Assembly: GCA_039818205.1 (NCBI GenBank)
Contig: JBCBUK010000015.1
Span: 1 to 64,000 of the forward strand
Origin: Verrucomicrobiota bacterium
GTDB lineage: Bacteria; Verrucomicrobiota; Verrucomicrobiia; Opitutales; Cerasicoccaceae
Reading direction: 5' to 3'
DNA length: 64,000 nucleotides
The notes under the pieces were generated by a model, which worked only from the letters and a program-made list of their open reading frames with translations, searched no databases and had not been told where the DNA came from. The position numbers were made by a program, and so were the translations under genes. Positions 29,889-38,800 of this stretch are shown here, one piece after another (positions within the stretch are counted from its first letter, which is position 1; each line of letters starts with the position of its first letter).

Positions 29889-30615
29889 GGTCTAAGCTGG
29901 GAGCGGTTGGAGTTTTCTGTCTGCCTTGTGGCGTGGATTGTCGCGCACAGAGCTGTTAACTGCGTTCCTGCATCACGCGGTTAGCATGGATTCTAGAACG
30001 CTAAATCGGAATTTTGAGGGTATTGATGGGTCTTTGATTGATAAGACCTGAGCTGAATAATTTATGAATATGACATTCCTGCTGTCGAAACTCCATGCCA
30101 AGATGCTCACTCTAACTTACCATTTTGCGACACTTTGAGAACGGGCCGATTGGAATGGGGGTTGGTTCTGTCTAAGTGTATCGGATTGGTTTGGGAAGGC
30201 TGCGTTTTGCGTTGTTACTTACGTCCAATAGACGGGATATGCTATGAAACGCGTTCATTCCGGCTGGATATACCATTAGCTTTTCCCTCTTCCGGAAATT
30301 CTACGGGAAACACTTTTCTATCCCTTTATGCGCCATTTTGCCTCTAGTGCGGGCGGCAGATTGTGTTCTTGAACGGGGCGTTTCGCGAATCCTGTTCCGT
30401 TCTAGAAAGGGATCATGCGGTATATATGCCTTGCCAAAATACTGAATTATATCTAATGTTTTCCATTAGTATCATTACATCGGCGACCTCATTTGATAGC
30501 CCACGATGGCGCTTGTTTTATATCTACTTCATTAAGCACGACCAATCTCAAACGACGCATTTCATTACCTGCCTTTCGATAACGGGCAGACGTAGTAAGG
30601 CGATCGTCGGTAATA

Positions 30616-33600
30616 TTGAAAACTGTCATGAATGTCTTTTTTCGCATTTTTAGCGCGCCCAGATTGGGACTTTCTTTAGTTTTTAGCGTACTGGGATTTG
30701 CTGCTCCTTCTTTGGCGCACATTTGTGGGCCCAGCGAAATTTTCCTGATTCCAGGCCAAACATTTGTGTATTCAATCGTCGCAGATGTTTCGGAAAAGGA
30801 GAAGTCGTCTTACAAGCTTGCAATGATTGACAACCCAGCAATCGTCTCGGTTTCACCGGAGCAGCAGTTTTCTCGGTTTGTACGAGGTGTATTTAAAATT
30901 AAGGCGCTTGAGGTTGGCCAGACGAATGTCGCGATGACTTGGACGTATGATCCGAACAATGCCGGAGCAACGTGTATTGTCTCAGTGAATGTTGTTGCTA
31001 CTGAGGAAGAAGCAGCATTGGGAAGGGCGGTTTCAACGCTTTTTTCGTTTTCTGGTTCCGCCGCGGACCCAATCAGTACCTACACTGGCGACTTCTACAT
31101 GCATTCCGCGCCTGACCTCGCTCTTGGTGGTCCGATGCCGCTGTTCTTTCAGCGCTACTATAATTCTGGCCTTAGCCGGCAAGGATTCGTTACCCAACAA
31201 ATGGGACGCAACTGGACACATAATTACGACCTCTACCTTTACCCTTTTGGAGATGAGGTCTTCATCGTTCACCGGGATGGCAAAGTCCTCCAATTTCAGT
31301 TGAATGGCGAAAGTTGGGATCTGGTTTCGCCGCTAAGCCAGCCCTATCAATTGCTGGAAGACCAGGGTGAATACGTGCTCATGGATCCCACGGACCAACG
31401 TCGCTATTTCTTTAATTCGGACGGAAATCTCACGGCAATCAAAGATCGCAACGACAACACCCACACGATGACCGTTGCCAATGAGAATCTGATCGAGATT
31501 TCCGATGGTTTGGGGCGACGATTGAGCCTGACCTATGGCGGCCTCAACAAGGTTGCTTCTGTGTCGGACGGCACCCGGACAGTCACCTTCACAAATTTCT
31601 TTTTGGATTTGGAGGAGGTTCGCGACGCCCGAGGTCACACCACCGACTACCATTATCCTAGCTCTGACGGAAGGCTTGGCTCGATCACTCGCCCAGAGGG
31701 CAACACCCCGCTGAGCCGAACCTTTACGGGTGACCAGGCGACACGTGAAACTGATGCCGACAACAATCAGACGTTAATTGACTATAACGGCCTCCAAACC
31801 GAAATTATTGATCCATTGTCGGACATACGGAAGCACATTCACAGCGATAACGGTGAGTTGCTGCAATCGATTGATCCACTCAACCGTGCGACAACGCTGG
31901 GATACAACGCAGATACCCAGCGCAACTCGATTACTGACCGCGAAGGCAATGAGACCTCCTGGTCGATTCATGAGGCTTCGGGGCGTATCGAGAGCTACAC
32001 CGACGCCGAAGGCCAAACGACCGAGTATACATATACCGCTCAACAGCAACACGGCTTTACCTTCTACGACATCACTGAGATCCACTACTCCGATAATACG
32101 ATGACCACCATTACTGTGGATGCGAGTGGCAATCCGTTGACGGTCACTAATCCGGATAACGAGACGTGGGCCTTCACCTACAATAGTCGCGGCCAGGTGA
32201 TTACCGAAACCAACCCGACGAATGGCGTCACGACCTACGGTTATGATGCCAATGGCGATCTGGAAACTATCAGAAATCATTTCAACGACCTGACGTCTTA
32301 TGACTACGACGGCTTTTCACGGGTCACTCGTGTTGACTATCCAGGCGGTGACCATCGTGAGATGACCTACGACGACAACGACAACCTTCTCACGGTTACG
32401 GATGAGAGAAATCAGACTTGGACTTACACCTACGATGACAACAACAACCTCGTCACTGCAACCGACCCTCGAGGTGAGACCTTGACCAATGTTTATGACG
32501 ACATGGATCGCATTTCGCGTATCGTAGACCGCGAGGCCAATCAAATCGATTTCACTTATGATGAGCGCGGGCGCATGAAGACCCTGGTGAATGGTGCGGG
32601 TGAAACGACAACCTATGGCTACGATGTCAATGACCGCCAGGTTACTACCGCTGACAATGGAAATCGCACGGTTACCACCGAACGTAACTCAGAGGGAGAA
32701 GTCACCTCGGTAACCGACCCATTGAACAATGTCTGGTCAATCGAAACCGATGCCGTCGGCCGTGTGGTAAAGCAAACGAATCCACGGGGTGGAGAAAGCA
32801 CCTTTGAGTATGATGGCCGTGGTCGCTTGTTGAGATCCTACAACGAAGTCGGAACGTCGGTTGAGCGTACCTATGATTCAGTTGGACGTATCTCGTCTAT
32901 GACGGTGGATACTGGTTCTCAGGTAACCTATGGCCGGAATGCGTTGGGTATCATCAATGAAATTACAGACCCGAATCAAGGTGTTTGGACACGCGGATTT
33001 GATCCTTCTGGGCGTATGACCAGCGAAACGGATCCTCTTGGTCGGTCTGCCAATTTTACCTACGATAACCGAAGCAGAATAGAGGAAATGGCAACGGAAC
33101 TAGGCAATCTGACTTTCTCTTACGATGCCGCCGGGAACCTGACCAGCCGCGCTTACTCTGATGGTAAGTTAATCACATACGGCTATGATGACAATAGCCG
33201 GTTGGTTTCCGCAACCAACTTGGCATTGGGCTACGACGGCGAACGGAACATCATCGATTGCAACGGAATGACCATGACCTACGATGGCGCCAGCCGGTTG
33301 GAGACGATTCAATACGCACCGGGAAAGATCGTTACCTATACCTATGATACCCGGGGGTTGATTTCTACCGTTACCGACTGGGTGTCGGGAACCACTGAGT
33401 TGGACTACGATGATGCCGGTAATCTCGTCTCGATTACTCGGCCTAACCAACTTGAAACACGACTTGATTATGATGACGTCGGCGAGCTTTCTAGCAGCGA
33501 GGTCGTTGATCTGGGTGAAAATGGTGCACCGACTATTTCTTCGATACTGCTAACGCGCGATTTGACTGGCCGCATTACAGGTGTTGCTCGTGATTTGCCG

Positions 33601-35082
33601 TCCTCGGGTTCTCCGGCTAACGAAGAGTCGCTTTATACTCCGGACGCAGGGCATCAACTGGCTGGGGGTAGCTACGCTTACGATGCAATGGGTCGTCGAA
33701 TAGCCGACTCGAATCGAAACTATACCTGGGACTTGGCATCGATGCTAACCGCTTATACTGCGTCTGGTGGGCTGGTGAATTCCACCTATGATGCCTATGG
33801 AATACGGACGCAGCGCACCCAAGGCAGCACAACCCGTGGCTATGTGGTGAATTATGCCCTTAGCTTTCCCTCGATCTGTACCATGACTGATGGTTCGTCA
33901 GATCTTACCTACTACGTCTACCTCCCAAGCGGCACGCTGCTCTACTCGATTGCCGCGTCGAATAACTCCCGCCGCTTTTATCACTTTGATGAAGTTGGTA
34001 ATACCATCTATCTTTCAGATGACTCCGGCGCGATAACGGATACCTACAAACTGACTCCTTTTGGCCGACTAATTTCTCAGACGGGAGCAACCGAAAACCC
34101 CTTCATCTACGGTGGTCTATTCGGTGTGGTTTCCGAAGGAGCGGGGCTGTATTACATGAGGGCGCGTTACTACGATGCCGAATCGGCCCGCTTCATCTCG
34201 AAGGATCCCGTTAAGGGACTCATGCCTAGTAGCGTGAACCCTTACCAGTTCGCGTTTAATAACCCCAACCTATACGCCGATCCAAGCGGTCGAGAGGTCA
34301 CCTTGGGAGGCTACGGAAGATTCGGGCTCGCCTACAACGAGTCGCCTAGTGTTCGCGGTAGTGAGCAGGAGCATAGAATCGAACAGCGTTTTCGATTAAC
34401 CATCACCGGAACGACTGAGTCCGATGGTGGGGTGCAATTCGAAGGTAGAATTCGCTTGCGAGAGGATAATGACCAGCGCCACGATAATTCGGGATTTGGT
34501 GCTGCAGGATTTGCTGTTAGTTCCGGCGGATTCCGGCTGGATGTCGGCAACGTAGCAGACGTTCTTGATCAGGGAGATACGGTTTACTACTACGGTTACG
34601 ATGTCGGACTCACGAGCTTCTCCGACTACAACTCAAATTACGATGGATTTGGTTCGATAGGCGGCTTTGGAACCGCTGCCCGGAGTGACCCGACTCCCAG
34701 TAAGGAAAAATATTTCTATTTGGCGGGTTTGCAGGGCTTATCAGGATTGGGCGCGGGCTCGGATGTCGGTGGCCCAGTGGGAGGGTTTGGCAGTGGTTCC
34801 CCCGATGTAAGCGCTATTAAGTTACGCTACACGGCAGGCGACTTCACGATCGGCGTTGGTGGATCGCCAACCCAAATCGATCCCGGAACCTATACCGGAG
34901 CAGTTCCGACGGGGGGAAGCTTTTGGGGTTCCGACTCTGGACCTACCTTTGGTGTTGGTTACGAATCTAACTTTTCCGATTTCAGTCACGACCTAGGTGG
35001 CGGTATCCTCATTCGAGGAAGCATCGGCCAAAGTCCGAATAGTGCCACTATCTCGGATCTGGGATTGAGTTTTAGGCCTTAA
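30616..35082 (+). CDS. Sec-exported Rhs/YD-repeat protein with porin-like C-terminal cargo
   Basis: Signal peptide; ADPISTYTGD (DUF6531-like start); dozens of YD repeats; Rhs core GLYYMRARYYD...NPYQFAFNNPNLYADPSG; 263-aa C-terminal region. Confidence 0.93.
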   Translation: MKTVMNVFFRIFSAPRLGLSLVFSVLGFAAPSLAHICGPSEIFLIPGQTFVYSIVADVSEKEKSSYKLAMIDNPAIVSVSPEQQFSRFVRGVFKIKALEVGQTNVAMTWTYDPNNAGATCIVSVNVVATEEEAALGRAVSTLFSFSGSAADPISTYTGDFYMHSAPDLALGGPMPLFFQRYYNSGLSRQGFVTQQMGRNWTHNYDLYLYPFGDEVFIVHRDGKVLQFQLNGESWDLVSPLSQPYQLLEDQGEYVLMDPTDQRRYFFNSDGNLTAIKDRNDNTHTMTVANENLIEISDGLGRRLSLTYGGLNKVASVSDGTRTVTFTNFFLDLEEVRDARGHTTDYHYPSSDGRLGSITRPEGNTPLSRTFTGDQATRETDADNNQTLIDYNGLQTEIIDPLSDIRKHIHSDNGELLQSIDPLNRATTLGYNADTQRNSITDREGNETSWSIHEASGRIESYTDAEGQTTEYTYTAQQQHGFTFYDITEIHYSDNTMTTITVDASGNPLTVTNPDNETWAFTYNSRGQVITETNPTNGVTTYGYDANGDLETIRNHFNDLTSYDYDGFSRVTRVDYPGGDHREMTYDDNDNLLTVTDERNQTWTYTYDDNNNLVTATDPRGETLTNVYDDMDRISRIVDREANQIDFTYDERGRMKTLVNGAGETTTYGYDVNDRQVTTADNGNRTVTTERNSEGEVTSVTDPLNNVWSIETDAVGRVVKQTNPRGGESTFEYDGRGRLLRSYNEVGTSVERTYDSVGRISSMTVDTGSQVTYGRNALGIINEITDPNQGVWTRGFDPSGRMTSETDPLGRSANFTYDNRSRIEEMATELGNLTFSYDAAGNLTSRAYSDGKLITYGYDDNSRLVSATNLALGYDGERNIIDCNGMTMTYDGASRLETIQYAPGKIVTYTYDTRGLISTVTDWVSGTTELDYDDAGNLVSITRPNQLETRLDYDDVGELSSSEVVDLGENGAPTISSILLTRDLTGRITGVARDLPSSGSPANEESLYTPDAGHQLAGGSYAYDAMGRRIADSNRNYTWDLASMLTAYTASGGLVNSTYDAYGIRTQRTQGSTTRGYVVNYALSFPSICTMTDGSSDLTYYVYLPSGTLLYSIAASNNSRRFYHFDEVGNTIYLSDDSGAITDTYKLTPFGRLISQTGATENPFIYGGLFGVVSEGAGLYYMRARYYDAESARFISKDPVKGLMPSSVNPYQFAFNNPNLYADPSGREVTLGGYGRFGLAYNESPSVRGSEQEHRIEQRFRLTITGTTESDGGVQFEGRIRLREDNDQRHDNSGFGAAGFAVSSGGFRLDVGNVADVLDQGDTVYYYGYDVGLTSFSDYNSNYDGFGSIGGFGTAARSDPTPSKEKYFYLAGLQGLSGLGAGSDVGGPVGGFGSGSPDVSAIKLRYTAGDFTIGVGGSPTQIDPGTYTGAVPTGGSFWGSDSGPTFGVGYESNFSDFSHDLGGGILIRGSIGQSPNSATISDLGLSFRP
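34291..35082 (+). other. Rhs C-terminal domain resembling Rhodobacteraceae-type outer-membrane porin
   Basis: EVTLGGYGRFGLAYNE..IEQRFRLTITGTTESDGGVQFEGRIRL..GFRLDVGNV..IKLRYTAGDFTIGVG..GGGILIRGSIGQ..TISDLGLSFRP; amphipathic beta-strands. Confidence 0.8.
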
Positions 35083-35100
35083 GCAATTCTTAAAGAGCAG

Positions 35101-35673
35101 ATGAAAATGAGAAATTTTATTTTTGGCTTTTGGTTCGTGTGCATCTTGCCGGTTGCCGTTTTCGCTCAATCGGAGCAGGTTGTCTATACATACGACAATA
35201 GCGGTCGGTTGACCGGCGCGTATACCGATAACGGCACAAGCGTAACCTACGTCTATGATGCCGCCGGAAATCTATTACGACGCAAGACGACGGTGATTGT
35301 CGACAGCGATGGCGACTTCATGGATGATACCTTTGAGATGTCCAATTTTGGTAGCCTCTCCCGTGATGGCACGGCCGATTTCGATTTCGACGGACAATCT
35401 GACCTCGCGGAATTCTATGCGGGCACCGACCCAGATGATTCGACATCCGTTTTGAACGTTACCTCGTCCAGTGATGACGTTTCTGGTTTCACCATCACTT
35501 GGGCAGCGGTCAGCGGAAAGCGCTACCGGGTTCAATACAAGGATCATCTCAATTCGCCCGCATGGTTTGACTTGGCTGGTGATGTGACCGCCTCAGGTGC
35601 CAGTGCATCGAAGGTCGATACGCGCGCCCTGACGGATGGAAGGCGTTTCTATCGTATCATAGTGATGCAATGA
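35101..35673 (+). CDS. Small secreted YD-repeat protein with C-terminal module
   Basis: Signal peptide; YTYDNSGRLT...YVYDAAGNLL; DSDGDFMDD.FE...GTDP...YRVQYKDHL...W...RRFYRIIV; starts 18 nt after the Rhs stop. Confidence 0.85.
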   Translation: MKMRNFIFGFWFVCILPVAVFAQSEQVVYTYDNSGRLTGAYTDNGTSVTYVYDAAGNLLRRKTTVIVDSDGDFMDDTFEMSNFGSLSRDGTADFDFDGQSDLAEFYAGTDPDDSTSVLNVTSSSDDVSGFTITWAAVSGKRYRVQYKDHLNSPAWFDLAGDVTASGASASKVDTRALTDGRRFYRIIVMQ

Positions 35674-35886
35674 TGGGTGAGGTGAGGATGTTCAGTTAGC
35701 GCGGGTTCTGCTCGGTTTCCGACGATAGCGGTTGGATTGTTACGCCGCGCTCGGATAGGGAGGCGAATTCGTGGAATATGGGGCTTCGGCCTTAAGTTTG
35801 ACAGGGGTTTGCCGCTGTAGTATGAATACTCGATTAATCTTCTGCCTAAACTTATCGACCGCTTTAATCTATTTTTCCGATTTGGT

Positions 35887-38800
35887 ATGGCCGTGCTCTT
35901 TGGGGCGGCGGTCTTTGTCGGTGGCAGGGCGCACGCGCAACTCATTTATACGGAGTCCTTTCGGTTCGAAAGCGCCCCTGGATGGGAGTTTCGACAAGAT
36001 AGTAATGGGACTGATCCTCCGGCCAGATTGACGGCCAATGCGGTTCCCAACGCAGCAGATCCAGAGTCGGGCACCCCGCAGATCGATGTGAATGGCAACG
36101 GGTGGTTACGCCTGGCGACCACGACCGGAAATCAGGCCAACGCAGTTGCGCTTGATACGGCTATCCCAGCGACTGACAACACGATACGAATTTCGTTTGA
36201 TTACTCCTTTTGGAAACCTGACACGGCCCCCGCAGATGGTATCACCGTGTTTTTATGGGATGCGGGTCAGGCATTCGATCCTGGCGCCTTCGGGGGATCG
36301 CTGGGTTATGCGAACCGGACAGGCGTCGATGGCCTTTCCGGGGCATACGTGGGTGTTGGGCTCGACGTATATGGAAACTTTTCGAACCCGACAGAAGACA
36401 GAAACGGTGGCGTGGGGTTTCGGCCCAACGAGGTAGCGATCCGCGGGGCCGGTAGCGGCCAAACGGGATATGACTATATTGAGGGCACTGGAGATGGCAC
36501 GAATCCATCGCTGACCTCCGTCTTCGGTTCGGGTTTCAGCATGGATTTTATTAATTCCCCAAGTCGGCCCGATCAGGATGCCGATGATTATCGCGGTTTC
36601 CAGCTAGAGTTGGACGAGAACGATGTGCTGACGATTTGGTTGCAGGACGGGTTTAGCGGCACGCTGACCCAGGTTCTGCAGACGACTCTAACGGATCCAC
36701 GACCGGACCAGTTGCGAGTCGGTTTTGCTGGTTCAACGGGTGGTTCGGTCGAAGTATACGAGATTAGGAACCTGGAGATTGAAACAACCGGAGGCACGAA
36801 CGCTTTCTACTGGGACAACGAGGATGGCGACCAGCAATGGGGCACCGGAACGAACTGGGATCAGGATGTTGTTCCAACCGATCACAGCTTCGTTGTCTTC
36901 TCGGATCTGTTTCCGGACACGATGACCGACCAGTTGGTTGAAATTAACGGCGGGGACAAAACAATAAGCACCGCGACCTTCACCGGGACATCGAGCTACA
37001 CGCTGACTCCAGAAAGCGCACAAACGCTGATTTTTGATACGGACGGCAATGGCAAGAGCTACCTTAACGTTTTGAATAGCCCAAACGGCAACGCCGACCA
37101 CACGATCAATGCGGATATCCAAGCGAGTGGGAATGATCTGGATATTCAGAACTTGGTGGATCAAACGCTGACGCTTAACGGAGATATTGACGGGGCTGGC
37201 AACGATTTGGGTTTTGAGTCCGCTGGTTTGATTGTGGCCAATGGTGCGATTTCCGACAGTTCGGGGACGACCAATGTGACGGTTACCGGGAATGGCGAAA
37301 CGCAGTTCGCTGGCAGTAACACCTATTCTGGAACCACTACGGTGGGCAGTGCCGGAGGGGACTCGACCACGCTTACGATCAGCAACGCGATTGCGCTTGG
37401 AACGACCGGAGCGGCGACCACCGTTTTGGATGGATCGACGCTCGCCTTGGAAAACAACATTACCTTTGCGGCAGAAACGGTTAATATCACCGGTTCCGGG
37501 GTCGACGGTGTGGGTGCACTCTTCAACAGCTCCGGCACGAACACTTGGGATGGAAACATCAACTTAGCAGGTGATGCCACAATCGGAGCGGCTTCGGGAA
37601 CCTCTTTGACACTAGATACGGGTACGTTGGATGGCGTTGGCAACGAGATCACCTTTTTGCCGGAATCAGGAGCAACGATTACGGTGGATCAGACGATAAC
37701 CGATTCATCTGGAACCACGAACGTAGTCTTCGATGGTGCCGGAATGACCGAGATCGGCTTTTTCCAGAACAACACCTACGAAGGCACAACGACCATCCGA
37801 TCCGGAACCGTTTTGTCCGGAAGTAGTGTGGGCGCTTTTGGTGAAGAAGCATTCGGCGCGTCGAGCTCGAATATTGAACTTGGCGATGGTGGAACGGATG
37901 CCACCGACAACATCACGCTTAGTTTCGATACGAGTTTCTTCAACCACATTGTTGATCGGCAGATTGACATCAACAACTCAGGTGCCACGACGACACTTGG
38001 CGTTGTTGGTAACAACACCCTCAATTATAATGCGGCGGTGAACCTCGCCAAAGATCTCACCGTGGACGCAGTGGATATCAGTGGGGCGATCGGAGCAGAG
38101 ATCATATTCGACAATGATGGCGCGTCGGGTGAACTGACAGGCACGGGTGATATTACGAAAACGGGTAACGGAATTATGACCTTACGCGGTGGTCACTCGA
38201 GGACGGGTGACCTGAACATCAACGGCGGGACCGTGAACGTCGAAGGTAATGGAGCCAGTGCACTTGACAATAGTGGCCGGGTCACGCTGGCCGATGTCGC
38301 CGGTGCCCAGCTGAACATCATTGATAGCGAGGTCATTGGTTCATTGGCAGGCGGTGGTGCGAGTGGAGGCAATGTTGCGATTGACGTGGGACAAACGTTA
38401 ACCGCCGGATTCGATGGTACCGACTCAACGTTTTCGGGAACCGTTTCTGGCTTTGGCAACCTCACCAAAGAGGGCGCCGGCAACTTGACCTTCGATGGAA
38501 CCAATACATTCACCGGTACGCTTTTGCTGGATGAAGGGACTGTAACTGCCGGTGCGGATAACACTTTTAATGATTCCATGGCGGTTGATTTCTCTGGCGG
38601 TACGCTCGCTATCGATGGGGTCACGGATACCGTCGGAGGCTTCAATCTTTCGTCCGACTCGACACTGGATTTTCTGGGAGCTGCTGGTGGAACCGTCACC
38701 TTTGGCGACTTGGACCGCACTGCGGGAGATCTTACGGTGGATAACTGGATTGGCAGTCTTAGTGGAGGTGGTGATACGCAGTTCCGATTTACGGGAACGG

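Noticed and set aside
29890..30615. Short ORFs upstream of the Rhs gene
   Set aside because: No recognisable motifs; more likely a divergent promoter region
31500..33800. Periodic TAC/TAT-GAC motifs suggesting a DNA repeat or CRISPR array
   Set aside because: These are protein-level YD repeats with no identical DNA repeat-spacer structure
35101..35673. Rhs immunity gene
   Set aside because: Sequence is fully accounted for by signal peptide, YD repeats and the C-terminal module
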